From the NCBI GenBank assembly GCA_937920495.1, contig CALEUQ010000039.1, positions 8,802 through 72,801 on the forward strand: DNA of 64,000 nucleotides, written 5' to 3'. Each line of letters starts with the position of its first letter. Position 1 is the first letter of the stretch. The notes under the pieces are model-generated. The model saw only the letters and a program-made list of their open reading frames with translations, was not told where the DNA came from and did no database searches. Source of the stretch: an uncultured bacterium (GTDB taxonomy: Bacteria > Spirochaetota > UBA4802 > UB4802). Position numbers and translations under genes: made by a program. Of the stretch, positions 49,842 to 61,651 are shown piece after piece.

Positions 49842-49880
49842 AAACTTCTTTAAGCATTCCCTTGCAAGTACTTTAAAATA

Positions 49881-49982
49881 AAATTTTTGAACATAATAAA
49901 CATATTGTACAGCCCTCCGCCGAAGGCGGCGGGGGTGTACACCGTTTTATTAACAAAATATTTTTTAAGGAATTATTAGTGA
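49881..49982 (+). repeat. Hairpin-containing intergenic element copy B, the paralog of 46041-46146.
   Basis: The hairpin at 49905-49940 is TGTACA-G-CCCTCCGCC-gaa-GGCGGCGGGG-G-TGTACA. It is followed by CCGTTTTATT. It lies 64 nt after the stop of the 48843-49841 gene. Confidence 0.7.
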
Positions 49983-50130
49983 ACGACAACCATACTATCG
50001 ATGAAGGAAATGCATAGTAATGTAAAAATATTCTTGACTTATAGAAAATAAAAATTTTTGCTTTTCACAATTAATGTCGTGGTAGTTAAAAATTTTATGT
50101 TTTTAAAAATATTCAGGAGGATCGGATTAT

Positions 50131-51378
50131 ATGACACATCACAACAAACTTTTTGGCCTATCACCGGAAGCAGGGCGATGGGTGTACGTTGTTACAAGCT
50201 TAATTATGTATTTATGTCTTGGAAGCGTGTATGCATACAGCATTTTCTTACCAGTAATTAAAGAAAGTTTTGGCGTTACAGCTTCCCAGGGAAACCTTCC
50301 ATTCATGATCTTTTTAGCTTTCTTTTCAATTCTAATGTTCTTCTCAGGAAGAATTATGGAAAAATATGGGCCAAAGAAAATTGCTATCTTTGGCGGTCTT
50401 ATTGTTGGACTTGGATGGGCATTGTCATATTTTGCCGGTGAGTCAAAAAATATTTATATTCTTATTTTGACGTATGGCATTATTGCCGGTAGCGGTGTAG
50501 GTGTTGTGTATGGTTGTCCCATCAATATTGCCGGGAAATGGTTTCCAGATAAAAAAGGTTTAGCAACAGGATTAATGCTGGCAGGATTTGGTGGTTCAGC
50601 TCTCATTACTGGAAAGCTTGCAGGAGTGCTGATCCCATCAATTGGACTTTCAATGACATTCCTTTATTTTGGGTTTGGTTTTGCAATTCTTTTAGTGCTA
50701 CTGGCATTGCCATTCAAATCTCCGGAAGCAGGGTGGAAGCCCGCAGGCTGGACACCTTCCGCTGCTGCAGCAAGCGCAGTTGATTTTGATTCAGCTGAAA
50801 TGATAAAAACTTCTACATTTTGGGGTTTATTCCTGGCATACATCATTGGTTGTCTGGCTGGCCTTATGGCAATAGGAATTTCTAAACCCGTTGGCAGTGA
50901 AGTTATTAAAATTGATGGGGAAACAGCAACAACCCTTGTTGGAATTTTTGCAATTTTCAACGCATTAGGTCGTCCACTCTTTGGCTGGCTCACCGACAAG
51001 ATAACACCAAAAGGTGCAGCCATTCTCAACCTTTTGATTATCATCGCTGTCTCTGCAATGATGCTTATGGCAAAAGAAGGCGATGTGGTTATGTACACGG
51101 TTGCGTTCTGTGGTTTCTGGCTAATATTAGGTGGCTGGCTTGCAATTGCTCCAACAACTACTGCTACATTTTACGGATTGAAGAATTATGCACGTAATTA
51201 CGGTATCGTATTTTTTGCCTACGGTTTGGGTGCTATCATTGGTGGTATTATCTCAGGTCAGGCAAAGGATGTATTTGGCTCATATCAGGTTGCTTTCTGG
51301 CCAACACTTGTTCTTGGTGTAGTTGGACTTATGATAGTAATGGCATTGCTCAAACCTCCAGTTAAAAAAGCTGCATAA
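50131..51378 (+). CDS. MFS transporter, oxalate/formate antiporter (OFA) family.
   Basis: The protein shows YVVTSLIMYLCLGSVYAYSIF and has 12 TM segments. Confidence 0.8.
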   Translation: MTHHNKLFGLSPEAGRWVYVVTSLIMYLCLGSVYAYSIFLPVIKESFGVTASQGNLPFMIFLAFFSILMFFSGRIMEKYGPKKIAIFGGLIVGLGWALSYFAGESKNIYILILTYGIIAGSGVGVVYGCPINIAGKWFPDKKGLATGLMLAGFGGSALITGKLAGVLIPSIGLSMTFLYFGFGFAILLVLLALPFKSPEAGWKPAGWTPSAAAASAVDFDSAEMIKTSTFWGLFLAYIIGCLAGLMAIGISKPVGSEVIKIDGETATTLVGIFAIFNALGRPLFGWLTDKITPKGAAILNLLIIIAVSAMMLMAKEGDVVMYTVAFCGFWLILGGWLAIAPTTTATFYGLKNYARNYGIVFFAYGLGAIIGGIISGQAKDVFGSYQVAFWPTLVLGVVGLMIVMALLKPPVKKAA

Positions 51379-51400
51379 ACAATATATACAGCTACCATAC

Positions 51401-51430
51401 AAGGGCACATATTTATGTGCCCTTTTTTAT
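51401..51430. terminator. Bidirectional Rho-independent terminator between convergent genes.
   Basis: The stem AAGGGCACAT-attt-ATGTGCCCTT is followed by TTTTTATAT. Confidence 0.7.
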
Positions 51431-52296
51431 ATTTCTCGTATTATGAAAGCATTATCTCCCGGATATTTATGTATGTATTCTGCAACCGGCAAGCATTTTA
51501 CTTTAAATATAAAAAACAATTTTACCTTATTTTTCACCAATCCTTCCAATGGAGCGTCTATCATTGTTTCAAAATTTCCCTGCCCCTTAAGGATAATCAT
51601 ATCTGCCTGCGATAGTTCATTTAAAAACTCATCGCTGCATCGATGCACATTAATCCCTGGAGTAGGGTCACCGGTGGTTATTACTCTAACTTTTCTATCT
51701 AACCCAATATGCCGTACGTCTTCCATGGTTGCATCGTTGATGACTGGGCCACCACGCACAACACACACGATCTTACCAATAGGAAGCTGCTCCATAAGCA
51801 GCATATCGGCAACTATCTCTCCCGCATTATCAGCGATATACAGTATCCTTTGTGAATCTGAAATGGTTTTGGTAAATTGGTTGTAGAATTTATTAGGCAC
51901 CGTGATATTATTCACCAGCGTTTTGAATGTTGCCAGATAATCTGTCTCAGGTTCCATATCGCCAATGCCGTAATCAATTATATTGGCAGCCAGCGCTATG
52001 CGCAATGCCTGTTGTAAGGTATCACCCTGCAGTAGAGTTTGTAACTGTGGTAGCAATGACATCATCAATGCATTGCTTTCTTTTTTGATATCTGCAAAAG
52101 GATCATGACCAATCCATTTACGGATAGCCTTATACATTTCATATGCACAATCAGGTGGGGTGGAAAAATTCCCTGCTATTATACGGGTTAACTGCTGCAT
52201 TACACATAATTTGGTATTTTCATCAAGAGTAAGTTTTGACACCACTCGATATATATGGTTGATATGGCAGGGGATACAATGGAAGGTGGGCTTCAT
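51427..52296 (-). CDS. DUF89 / ARMT1-like (damage-control phosphatase family) protein.
   Basis: This 289-aa protein shows ...ILKGQGNFETM..., resembling the DUF89 KGDANYR-region pattern. It is a family guess. Confidence 0.5.
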   Translation of the reverse strand: MKPTFHCIPCHINHIYRVVSKLTLDENTKLCVMQQLTRIIAGNFSTPPDCAYEMYKAIRKWIGHDPFADIKKESNALMMSLLPQLQTLLQGDTLQQALRIALAANIIDYGIGDMEPETDYLATFKTLVNNITVPNKFYNQFTKTISDSQRILYIADNAGEIVADMLLMEQLPIGKIVCVVRGGPVINDATMEDVRHIGLDRKVRVITTGDPTPGINVHRCSDEFLNELSQADMIILKGQGNFETMIDAPLEGLVKNKVKLFFIFKVKCLPVAEYIHKYPGDNAFIIREI

Positions 52297-52308
52297 ACTG
52301 TTATAATA

Positions 52309-52848
52309 TTATACTGAGCAATACAAGACAGTATCTTCTTGATTATCTATTTCTTTAAGGCGTACTTTAACCTTATCACCAACCTTTGTGTGCAGTGTTA
52401 TCCCGCAATAATCCGGTTGAATTGGCAATTCACGGTTGCCACGGTCAACCAGTATTGCAAGTCGTATTATCTGAGGCCTGCCAAATGACATTAAGGTCTC
52501 CAGTGCAGCTTTTATTGTCCTTCCTGTAAAAAGAACATCATCAACCAGGATGATAATCTTTTTGGTAATATTAAATGTGATTGTTGTTTCTTTAATTGCC
52601 GGAAGTACTCCCCTGGTTGCTAAATCATCACGGTAAAACGTAATGTCAAGTGTGCCCATCTTGATTTCTTTCCCGCTGCGTGTCTCAAGATTTCTTTTTA
52701 TACGCTTAGCTATCTCCACGCCACGGGTTTGTATGCCAACAATTGCCACATTTGATACATCGCCAAATTCTTTCATAATATCACTGCTGATATTGTTAAT
52801 TGCTTCCTCAATTTGATTGGCATTCATTATAACCTTGTCTTCACACAC
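52309..52848 (-). CDS. pyrR: Bifunctional pyrimidine operon regulator / uracil phosphoribosyltransferase PyrR.
   Basis: The protein shows ...[17 protein letters not shown]... and a PRPP-binding [17 protein letters not shown]. Confidence 0.85.
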   Translation of the reverse strand: MCEDKVIMNANQIEEAINNISSDIMKEFGDVSNVAIVGIQTRGVEIAKRIKRNLETRSGKEIKMGTLDITFYRDDLATRGVLPAIKETTITFNITKKIIILVDDVLFTGRTIKAALETLMSFGRPQIIRLAILVDRGNRELPIQPDYCGITLHTKVGDKVKVRLKEIDNQEDTVLYCSV

Positions 52849-55800
52849 TCCTGCACCTCCCTATGGTACTCCTGTAATGGCTTTACCGTAAATTGTCCAG
52901 CTTTTTTCATGGTGATAATACCCTGTACCGCAGCTCTTGCAGCCGCCAGTGTAGTGATAATAGGCACACGGTATCTTACCGCTGCCTGACGTATGGTGTA
53001 AGCATCCTCTTTTGGCCGCTTTCCAGTAGGAGTATTAATGATAAGGTCAACTTGCTTATTCTTTATGATATCAACTACGTTGGGGCGGCCTTCACTTACC
53101 TTATATACGCGCTGGCATGGAATTCCATTATCATTGAGAAATGCTGCAGTACCTTCTGTGGCAATAAGCGTAAAACCTTCTTTATGCAGTAGACGCATAT
53201 CCTCAAGTAGTTCCTCTTTTGAGCGCTGGTTAATACTTAAAAAGATGGTACCTGATAGCGGCAATCTGTCGCCTGCTCCCAATTGGGCTTTATAAAATGC
53301 TTCACCAAAATGTGAAGCTATTCCCATCACCTCACCGGTTGATCTCATTTCAGGGGATAACAAGGTATCAACACCGGGAAATTTGCTAAAAGGCAATACT
53401 GCTTCTTTTACGTTAATGTACGGAATTTTTTTCATACGTGTTAATCCAAAATCTTTAAGCTTTTTCCCAAGCATAATCCACACCGCTATCTTTGCAAGTG
53501 GAACACCGGTTGCTTTAGATACAAACGGTACTGTCCGTGAAGCACGAGGATTAACTTCCAGAACATATAGTACACTATTTTTTATAGCAAACTGAATATT
53601 AATAAGCCCAATAACATTGAGCTCTTTTGCAAGTGCAACGGTTGTTTCAATAATGGTGTTCATCATTGCTGGCTTCAGGCTTACAGCAGGCAAACTGCAC
53701 GCAGAATCGCCCGAATGAATTCCCGCCAGTTCAATATGCTCCATGATACCACCTATATATACATCGTTACCATCACATAGCGCGTCAACATCTATCTCAA
53801 GTGCATCTTCCAGAAATTTATCAATAAGTATGGGATGTTCGGGCGATAGTTCAACAGCACTAACTATATATTCTAAAAGGCTTTTTTCATCATAAATGAT
53901 GGACATTGCCCTTCCACCCAGCACATATGAAGGACGCACCAACACAGGATATCCAATACGATTGGCCTGCAGTATTGCTTCTTCACGTGTGAACGCAATA
54001 CCATTTTCAGGCTGATTGAGTTTGAGTTTGTTCACAACCTCAGCAAAACGCTGCCTGTCCTCGGCCCTGTCTATTGAATCAGGTGATGTACCTAAAATTT
54101 TTACGCCATTTGCTTCTAACCGCCGTGCAAGCCGTAACGGCGTCTGGCCACCAAACTGCACTATAACGCCATCAGGTTTTTCATTGTTGTAAATATGCAG
54201 GATATCTTCCAGTGTTAGTGGTTCAAAGTATAACCTGTCGGAAGTATCATAATCGGTTGAGACAGTCTCGGGATTTGAATTAACCATTATTGACTCTATA
54301 CCAGCTTCACGTAACGCAAAAGAGGCGTGGCAGCAGCAATAGTCAAATTCTATGCCCTGCCCTATACGGTTTGGGCCACCACCCAGTATCATCACTTTGC
54401 GTTGTGTTGTATGCTTTGCTTCATCTTCGTCATCGTACGAAGAATAGTAATAAGGGGTATATGCTTCAAATTCGCCGCCGCAGGTGTCAACCAGTCTATA
54501 CCCGGGAACTATCGCCTGCTCAAACCTGAACTTCCTGATAGAATCTTCCAGCTGTGTTAAACGCTTTGAGTAATCTTTCTGTGCATCAAGCCCTTTTGCA
54601 TATATTGCCTTCAATTCATCTTTATAGAGCAAAAATGCCAGCTGCCTATCGGAATAACCCAGTTTTTTCATGCTCAGAATGCTTTCTTTCTGTAACCCCT
54701 GTTTACTACGTGCCACAAACTCACGCTCTGCATCTACCAATTCTTTTAATTGGTGTAAAAACCATGGATCAATAGATGTTAATTCATGAATTTTCTCAAC
54801 AGTCCAGTCAAGCTCCAGGGCTTTTCTGATATAGAATACCCTGTGTTCTCTTGGAATACGCAGATTCTGTTCAATAATGTCATTTTGCTGTCGCTGTGGT
54901 ATTGCATCAACTACTGCATCAATCTTTAAATTACCATCAGAGCCAAACCCATAACGGTCAATCTCAAGGGATCGTAACGCTTTCTGAAATGACTCTTTAA
55001 ATGTGCGCCCAATTGCCATTGCCTCGCCAACCGATTTCATCTGTGTGCCAAGCGTTGTATCAGCACCTTCAAATTTTTCAAATGCCCAACGCGGTATCTT
55101 GGTAACAACATAATCAATGGTTGGCTCAAAGCAAGCTGGCGTTTCACGTGTAATATCGTTTGCAATTTCATCAAGGGTAAGCCCCACTGCAAGCTTGGCA
55201 GCAATTTTTGCAATAGGGAAACCCGTAGCTTTTGATGCCAGTGCAGAACTTCGGCTGACACGTGGATTCATCTCAATTACCATTACCCTGCCATCCTTTG
55301 GATTAACCGCAAACTGAATATTAGAACCACCGGTTTCTACACCAATCTTACGAATTATCTTGATTGCCATATCCCTGAGAGCCTGATACTCTTTATCGGT
55401 CAGGGTTTGCTGGGGGGCAATGGTTATGGAATCGCCGGTGTGTATACCCATTGGATCAAAATTTTCTATGGAACATATAATGACCACATTGTCTTTAAGA
55501 TCACGCATTACCTCAAGTTCAAATTCTTTCCACCCTATAACTGATTCCTCCAGTAGAACCTGGCTTATTGGAGATTCATCCAATCCTTTGCGTACCAGTT
55601 CAACAAAATCTTCCTGATTATACACAATATTGCCGCCTGTACCACCTAATGTAAATGCAGGGCGAATAATGATGGGAAGTGGAATGGTTTCCAATACTTT
55701 TAACGCTTCATCTATGGTGGATGCTAATGATGAACGTGGTACCTGCAAACCAATTTCAATCATTGCTTTTTTAAACAGGTCCCTATCTTCAGCTTTTTTT

Positions 55801-56168
55801 ATGGCATCAATCTTTGCCCCAATCAACTCAACGCCAAATTTTTGCAACACACCGCTCTCATAAAGTTCTACCGCAATATTTAAAGCAGTTTGTCCGCCAA
55901 CGGTTGGCAATAATGCATCCGGTCGTTCTTTTTCAATTATGCAAGCAACAATATCGTGTGTTATTGGTTCAATATAGGTTTTATCAGCCATATCAGGATC
56001 GGTCATTATAGTTGCAGGGTTTGAATTAACCAGAACTATCTCATAACCTTCTTCTCGTAGTGCCTTACATGCCTGTGAACCTGAATAATCAAACTCACAT
56101 GCCTGCCCTATCACTATAGGTCCTGATCCAACAATCAGTATTTTTTTAATATCTGTACGCTTTGGCAT
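52827..56168 (-). CDS. carB: Carbamoyl-phosphate synthase large subunit.
   Basis: The start is at M17 of the track ORF, as [30 protein letters not shown]. Duplicated ATP-grasp halves and a C-terminal MGS-like domain are present. Confidence 0.95.
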   Translation of the reverse strand: MPKRTDIKKILIVGSGPIVIGQACEFDYSGSQACKALREEGYEIVLVNSNPATIMTDPDMADKTYIEPITHDIVACIIEKERPDALLPTVGGQTALNIAVELYESGVLQKFGVELIGAKIDAIKKAEDRDLFKKAMIEIGLQVPRSSLASTIDEALKVLETIPLPIIIRPAFTLGGTGGNIVYNQEDFVELVRKGLDESPISQVLLEESVIGWKEFELEVMRDLKDNVVIICSIENFDPMGIHTGDSITIAPQQTLTDKEYQALRDMAIKIIRKIGVETGGSNIQFAVNPKDGRVMVIEMNPRVSRSSALASKATGFPIAKIAAKLAVGLTLDEIANDITRETPACFEPTIDYVVTKIPRWAFEKFEGADTTLGTQMKSVGEAMAIGRTFKESFQKALRSLEIDRYGFGSDGNLKIDAVVDAIPQRQQNDIIEQNLRIPREHRVFYIRKALELDWTVEKIHELTSIDPWFLHQLKELVDAEREFVARSKQGLQKESILSMKKLGYSDRQLAFLLYKDELKAIYAKGLDAQKDYSKRLTQLEDSIRKFRFEQAIVPGYRLVDTCGGEFEAYTPYYYSSYDDEDEAKHTTQRKVMILGGGPNRIGQGIEFDYCCCHASFALREAGIESIMVNSNPETVSTDYDTSDRLYFEPLTLEDILHIYNNEKPDGVIVQFGGQTPLRLARRLEANGVKILGTSPDSIDRAEDRQRFAEVVNKLKLNQPENGIAFTREEAILQANRIGYPVLVRPSYVLGGRAMSIIYDEKSLLEYIVSAVELSPEHPILIDKFLEDALEIDVDALCDGNDVYIGGIMEHIELAGIHSGDSACSLPAVSLKPAMMNTIIETTVALAKELNVIGLINIQFAIKNSVLYVLEVNPRASRTVPFVSKATGVPLAKIAVWIMLGKKLKDFGLTRMKKIPYINVKEAVLPFSKFPGVDTLLSPEMRSTGEVMGIASHFGEAFYKAQLGAGDRLPLSGTIFLSINQRSKEELLEDMRLLHKEGFTLIATEGTAAFLNDNGIPCQRVYKVSEGRPNVVDIIKNKQVDLIINTPTGKRPKEDAYTIRQAAVRYRVPIITTLAAARAAVQGIITMKKAGQFTVKPLQEYHREVQECVKTRL

Positions 56169-56405
56169 GCAAATATTCCTTTCTGTGATGTATTTTACCA
56201 ACAATGAATTGTACACATCCTAAGACTTAGTACGCAGTTATGTACTCTATTCCGTATTTTGATCATAAGTATTCGTTTAGATATATTTTACTTAAAAATA
56301 TATCAAAATTACTACCAAAACGTTTAACTAATATGTGTGGCGCAAGTAAAATTCCAATAATTTTTTATTGTAGTGAAAAATTTAACGTGATTGTAACACG
56401 TAGTG

Positions 56406-57059
56406 CTAAAAAGCTGTTAATGCAGCTCTAAGGAAGCTAGTAATTGGTGCCTGCTCACGCGTATCTTCAATAGTATCCTGCAATTGCTTTATTAAATCTG
56501 TTGCCTGGCCATGTACAGTATCTTCATTGATTATCTTGCCTAAAGTACCTTTGCCAGAATTAATCTTATCAGTGATATCACGCAAATTCTTAACAGTAGC
56601 ATTTACATTGCCCCTGTTATCAGCTATAAGGCGCGAAAGCATGGTAAAAGGATCAGGTACTGAAGTTCCCACCAGGTTTTCACGCGTAGTTATAACCGCA
56701 TACTGTTTGCCATGTTCATCCATCGGTGTTCCAGGATTAATACTCACATATTTACCCGCCAGAGCAGTTTCATTTCGTACCATGATCTCATAGTTTTCAT
56801 AAAGTGTAAAATGATTAAATAACCGTAATTTTACTACAACATTATTGTCAATCAAATCTACTGAATTCACATATCCCGATAACACCCCATTTATACGCAC
56901 TTTATCATCCTTTGATAAACCCTCAACATCCTTAAACACAACTGTCATTGGATAGTAGGTATGTGTTTCAAATATCTCATCACTCATTATTATAGTAAAA
57001 TAACCTAATACCGTAAGCGCTATAATAACTATTATCCCTACGGCTATCTCCTGTTTCAT
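56406..57059 (-). CDS. mlaD: MlaD/MCE-family protein.
   Basis: An N-terminal TM segment is followed by an MCE domain. Confidence 0.7.
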   Translation of the reverse strand: MKQEIAVGIIVIIALTVLGYFTIIMSDEIFETHTYYPMTVVFKDVEGLSKDDKVRINGVLSGYVNSVDLIDNNVVVKLRLFNHFTLYENYEIMVRNETALAGKYVSINPGTPMDEHGKQYAVITTRENLVGTSVPDPFTMLSRLIADNRGNVNATVKNLRDITDKINSGKGTLGKIINEDTVHGQATDLIKQLQDTIEDTREQAPITSFLRAALTAF

Positions 57060-57179
57060 GGCACCCTCCTTCACACATAAAATATAACTAATGACATTTA
57101 TAATTCCTTTTATTTACACTGTCAATTTGTACCATCAAAGGAATTTATACCTTCTAATATTTTCACAAGTATAACACCA

Positions 57180-57926
57180 TTATAATATATCAATGGGCCC
57201 TTCAAGAGAGCCTGTAATGAACTGACGTACAATGGGATTGGTAGTATTCCTGATCCCGTCAGGCTCATCACATTGTATAATTGTACCATCATACAGCATA
57301 GCAATTCTGTCACCAATTGCATAGGCGCTATCCATATCATGAGTAACAACAACCTGTGTTATTGAGTGATCTTCTTTAATCTTGTTGATGATAGTATTTA
57401 TCAAACTTGACATCACAGGATCAAGGCCTGATGTTGGCTCATCATACAATATAATTTCCGGGTTTCGAACCAGTACACGGGCTAAACTTGCACGTTTTTT
57501 CATACCGCCACTTATTTCAGCAGGCATCTTATTACGGGCTGCCGTGAGTTGCAATAATTCCATCTTCTCTTCAACTATCCTTTTAATTTCATCTGGTGGA
57601 TATAATTTATGCTCAACAAGAGGAAGCGCTATGTTTTCCTCAACAGTCATCCAGTTAATTAACGCACCTGACTGAAATACAAAGCCTATTTTTTCCCGCA
57701 ATCTATCTTTTTGACTTTTGCCAGTCCCATTTATCTGCTGACCATCAACCAGAATTTGCCCGCTATCCGGTTCAAGCAATCCTGCAATATGCTTCAATGT
57801 AACCGTTTTACCTGTGCCCGAACGCCCAATGATAACGAATGTTTCGCCTTTTTCTATTTTTAAACTTAGATTATTCAGAACCTTTGTTCCACTCAATATT
57901 TTGGTGACATTCCTGAACTCAATCAT
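57180..57926 (-). CDS. mlaF: Mla-type ABC transporter ATP-binding protein.
   Basis: Walker A is GRSGTGKT. The signature is ISGGMKKR. Walker B is ILYDEPTSGLD. Confidence 0.8.
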   Translation of the reverse strand: MIEFRNVTKILSGTKVLNNLSLKIEKGETFVIIGRSGTGKTVTLKHIAGLLEPDSGQILVDGQQINGTGKSQKDRLREKIGFVFQSGALINWMTVEENIALPLVEHKLYPPDEIKRIVEEKMELLQLTAARNKMPAEISGGMKKRASLARVLVRNPEIILYDEPTSGLDPVMSSLINTIINKIKEDHSITQVVVTHDMDSAYAIGDRIAMLYDGTIIQCDEPDGIRNTTNPIVRQFITGSLEGPIDIL

Positions 57927-57956
57927 TGTGTATAACAGTAACCTTAAAATTTTGCG

Positions 57957-58757
57957 TTATTTGCCATAAAAAAGTGCTGTGATATAGTACCCCGTAATGA
58001 GCACCATTACGAAAGATGATACAACCGAATTTCGTGTTGCCTTCCCAACACCTAATGCTCCATTAGTTGCTCTAAGTCCATTGGCACAACTTATAGTAGA
58101 AACCATCATACCAAATACCAGCGCTTTTAAAAGACCCACGTATGTAGCTTTAAAATGTAATGAATCAAGTACATGTGTATAATATACATCAAAACTCACA
58201 TCAAGCTGGAAATATGCAACAATTCCACCACCAATGCTGCCCAGCAGGTTGGTATAAATGGTTGCAACAGGTAACATAATGGCAAGAGCAATGACCCGTG
58301 GCATTACTAAAAATTTTACAGGGCTTATTGCCATCATCTCCAATGCATCAATCTCTTCTGATACCGTCATTGTACCAATTTCAGCAGCCATCGTGGAACC
58401 AACTGCTGCAATTAAAATTATAGCAGTCACAAATGGTGCCATCTCACGTGTGAGCGTAGCAATTATAATATTACCCACCAGAGCCTGCTGTTGATAGGGC
58501 TTTAATTCAAGGCCGGTCTGAAGAGCAAGAATCATCCCCGTAAAAAGCCCCACGATTGACACTACTATAAATGTTTTCACTCCTGCATAGTACATCTGTT
58601 TTACTATTTCACTACGCTTTTGAAATGCTGCTTTGGAATGATATAGCACTTCTAAAAATAGCAGCATACTATACCCCATCATTTCAATGATGTTTAAGGT
58701 ATTGGCTCCTATATCATAAACAAAGTTATAAATAATTTTTCTTACTTTACTTCCCAT
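57957..58757 (-). CDS. mlaE: Mla-type ABC transporter permease.
   Basis: This 266-aa polytopic protein shows the MlaE pattern ...MAAEIGTMTVSEEIDALEMMAISP.... Confidence 0.8.
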   Translation of the reverse strand: MGSKVRKIIYNFVYDIGANTLNIIEMMGYSMLLFLEVLYHSKAAFQKRSEIVKQMYYAGVKTFIVVSIVGLFTGMILALQTGLELKPYQQQALVGNIIIATLTREMAPFVTAIILIAAVGSTMAAEIGTMTVSEEIDALEMMAISPVKFLVMPRVIALAIMLPVATIYTNLLGSIGGGIVAYFQLDVSFDVYYTHVLDSLHFKATYVGLLKALVFGMMVSTISCANGLRATNGALGVGKATRNSVVSSFVMVLITGYYITALFYGK

Positions 58758-58835
58758 ATACAGTTCCTTGCAATCATACCATTGCTGTATTTTATTTATA
58801 TTCTATACTTTTTTTTACACAGCATCTTAAAGATT

Positions 58836-60455
58836 TTAAAACATCACCGAACATATAGTTACTCCCTGCACAATATTTTCCTCATATAAAAAACTGGAAC
58901 TCAGGTGTGTTGCGCCACCACCTGCATTTTGAAGCAATACCGCTTTTTTTTGTTTTACAGTATATGCTTCGTTATCTTTAATATCTCTATACACCGGAAT
59001 CCATCCAATTCGCAATTCTTTAATCACATCATCGTTAGTATAGCTGAAAAAAGACAAAAGCAAAGATATATGTTGTAATGAGTTATCTTTCTGTGAATAT
59101 GAAATAATAAATGGGATCTTCATTGCAAAGTAAGTATCGTTCCAGCTTTGAAAATACGTTCGCAATAGCAACCCAAAACGCTTGTCCCCATTAGATTGGC
59201 TGGAATACTCAACAATGCTAAAAAAGGGCTGATACAGGCGCTCATAGCCTTCTTCATCCCTGAAAGGCAATAGTGAAAGTAATGCAAAGGAACTATCGCC
59301 CCTATTATTATACTCATAATGAAACAATGGCCATAATTTATAAAAGCGCCAGTGCGTACCATACCGCTGGTGCTCTCTCTTGTAATCCCTTGCAAAATAC
59401 CAGAAAAGAATACCATATATGGAATACCTGGATTCATACCATTCTGATTGTTTTTCAAGCACAAAGTAAAGGGGTGTAATAAAAAAAGTAGTACTATTTC
59501 TTTCAATATATTTGCCATAAAACGGGAAAAATATGCGCTTATAAATATATGGATCATCACAATCTCGTATCTGAACAAAAGGCCAGGGGAAATTTATTTC
59601 CTGATTGCCATGTTTATCATTATATCCCCAGGAAAAGAAAGGCCACAGTAAAGATGAGCTTTCTGCTTTGCCGGATTCAAGCCATCTGCGCGCATAAAAC
59701 GGCACAAAGAAAATTGTATGTAAGGTGTCATTACCAATATATTCCCTTCTTACATTATACAAAAGCCCATACGAGTAGGTATCATAAAAATCTTTCTTTT
59801 TGCTATGGGCATAGAAAGGCATAACGCGCACATCATCTCGCACCGTGCTTTTACCCCACTGAATTAAAGGCCATAAAATCCCATGTGCATCATAATCCTT
59901 GCTTGTATAATGCACATACACGGGTACAAGCGATGCAACAAGATACATTGCAAGTACATAATATGATGATACTGGATATAAAAAGAAAAGAGCTATTCCC
60001 GGGAATACATACGTGGTAATTGAATCAGTTGCAAGCTTCCCCTTAATAGTTCCCCCAAATGGCCACACGTGAAGATATCTGTCTTTTTCATCTGTTGACA
60101 CACCATATAACACAAATGGGAATATGCCAGTATCATTTTCAAAATGCTGCGCCCCCCAGTAATCCACACTTTCATAAAAACCCAACACACCTTTTGCCGT
60201 ATGTTGCCGGGGTGTGGTATATTTCCAGTAAAGTAGCGGCATCAGTGAAGCCGTAAACGAAGCATCAGCATAGGTATTTTTAAGGTATAGTGGCCGGTAC
60301 ACAGTATACGTGCTGGTATAAAAATTTCCCTTTTCATACACAAACCAGAACCAGTCAAAATCATTCCCGGCTACAGCATGGGTACACATAACAAAAATAA
60401 TACATATACTCAACACTACCGTATGTAGTATGTTACGTAATCCGCTATATTTCAT
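58836..60455 (-). CDS. Hypothetical secreted protein rich in aromatic residues, with repeated WP[FL] motifs.
   Basis: A signal peptide is present; the start is chosen at M11. Motifs LWPFFSW, FPWPFVQI, LWPLFHYEY and HVWPFGG recur. It lies upstream of the mla operon. Confidence 0.4.
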   Translation of the reverse strand: MKYSGLRNILHTVVLSICIIFVMCTHAVAGNDFDWFWFVYEKGNFYTSTYTVYRPLYLKNTYADASFTASLMPLLYWKYTTPRQHTAKGVLGFYESVDYWGAQHFENDTGIFPFVLYGVSTDEKDRYLHVWPFGGTIKGKLATDSITTYVFPGIALFFLYPVSSYYVLAMYLVASLVPVYVHYTSKDYDAHGILWPLIQWGKSTVRDDVRVMPFYAHSKKKDFYDTYSYGLLYNVRREYIGNDTLHTIFFVPFYARRWLESGKAESSSLLWPFFSWGYNDKHGNQEINFPWPFVQIRDCDDPYIYKRIFFPFYGKYIERNSTTFFITPLYFVLEKQSEWYESRYSIYGILFWYFARDYKREHQRYGTHWRFYKLWPLFHYEYNNRGDSSFALLSLLPFRDEEGYERLYQPFFSIVEYSSQSNGDKRFGLLLRTYFQSWNDTYFAMKIPFIISYSQKDNSLQHISLLLSFFSYTNDDVIKELRIGWIPVYRDIKDNEAYTVKQKKAVLLQNAGGGATHLSSSFLYEENIVQGVTICSVMF

Positions 60456-61058
60456 GTATAATCCATGTAGTGCTAAACAATTCATTGTACAAAAGTTTTA
60501 ATGCCACAACCCTTTCTTTACATTTTTTATCCACAATGCACTTTTGAGAACATGTATGGTATGTACACGTACTCACCACATTAGTCAACTTAAATTAGTG
60601 TATCTACTTACACTATCGCTTTTTGAAATACAATCTATAATTTTGTTACAGCATTTTCATTTTTGGCGATAGTTACCGGACACATTACCACTGACAAAAA
60701 TAGTATTGACATTTATATACTACACATCTCTTAATATTGCCCATGACGCTATTACACTTTTGTAACAATAATATTTACAATGATGTATACCAATAATTCC
60801 GTGCGATTATTGATGAATAATAAAGCGATCGCAATTAACCTTTGTATGGCAGGTGTGAAATTTTTACTTTTTTACACACAGTTTTTGTGTAAGACTTCAA
60901 AGTAAATTTTTTTTGTAAAATGTATATACACAATATATGAATTATTTTCAACGCCACAAAGCAGAACTTTACTAAAAGAATCAACGAAAAAAATACAGCT
61001 ATTCTGATGAAGAATACAGAGAAGCTTTGAAAAGCTTGAAGAAGACAACAGGTGGCGT

Positions 61059-61481
61059 ATGGATGAAGCCAGACTCTTAGCAGAATATTGCAAGGCGATA
61101 GTTCCTGAAAACGTACCTTTGATTGTGATGGGTGATTTCAATGCTACTCCCGATTCACCCGAAATGCAGTATTTTTTACATCAGGAGTATTACGATACAT
61201 TTATAATTTACAAAAAGCATGAACCCTACACATGGAATCCATTAAAAAACACCAACATACAAAAGTATTATACAATTGACACAAATAAAAAATTTGATTC
61301 ACTCTATTCACATCTAAATAAAATACATGAGCTTGAACCAAAGCGAATAGATTACATTATTGTGAATAAATCGATTGCACCTGATAATATAATTGATTCA
61401 CGGGTGTGCTGCGATACTCTTTATGATGGCATACATCTATCGGATCATTTTGGAGTTTACGCTGAAATAAGGATAGAGTAA
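61059..61481 (+). pseudogene. Endonuclease/exonuclease/phosphatase (EEP) family gene fragment, C-terminal half only.
   Basis: EEP C-terminal motifs are present: VMGDFNATPDS and LSDHFGVYAEI. There is no in-frame N-terminal half. An in-frame stop lies at 61008, and the upstream 570 bp is non-coding. Confidence 0.5.
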
Positions 61482-61579
61482 CATAATAATTGCTGCCATA
61501 CACAGCAAGCGCATACACAATATGTCATATTGCATGTTTGAATTTGCCAATAAATCGTGAAACAGTAAAATAATTTCTG

Positions 61580-61608
61580 TTGACATTACAGTAATACATC
61601 TATATAAT
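61580..61608 (+). promoter_or_regulatory. Near-consensus sigma-70 promoter (TTGACA-17-TATAAT).
   Basis: TTGACA lies at 61580-61585 and TATAAT at 61603-61608. An AAGGAGGT SD lies 8 nt before the ATG at 61652. Confidence 0.6.
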
Positions 61609-61651
61609 GAAAGTAAAATAAGAAAAAATCATCAAGGAGGTCATTTGTAGT

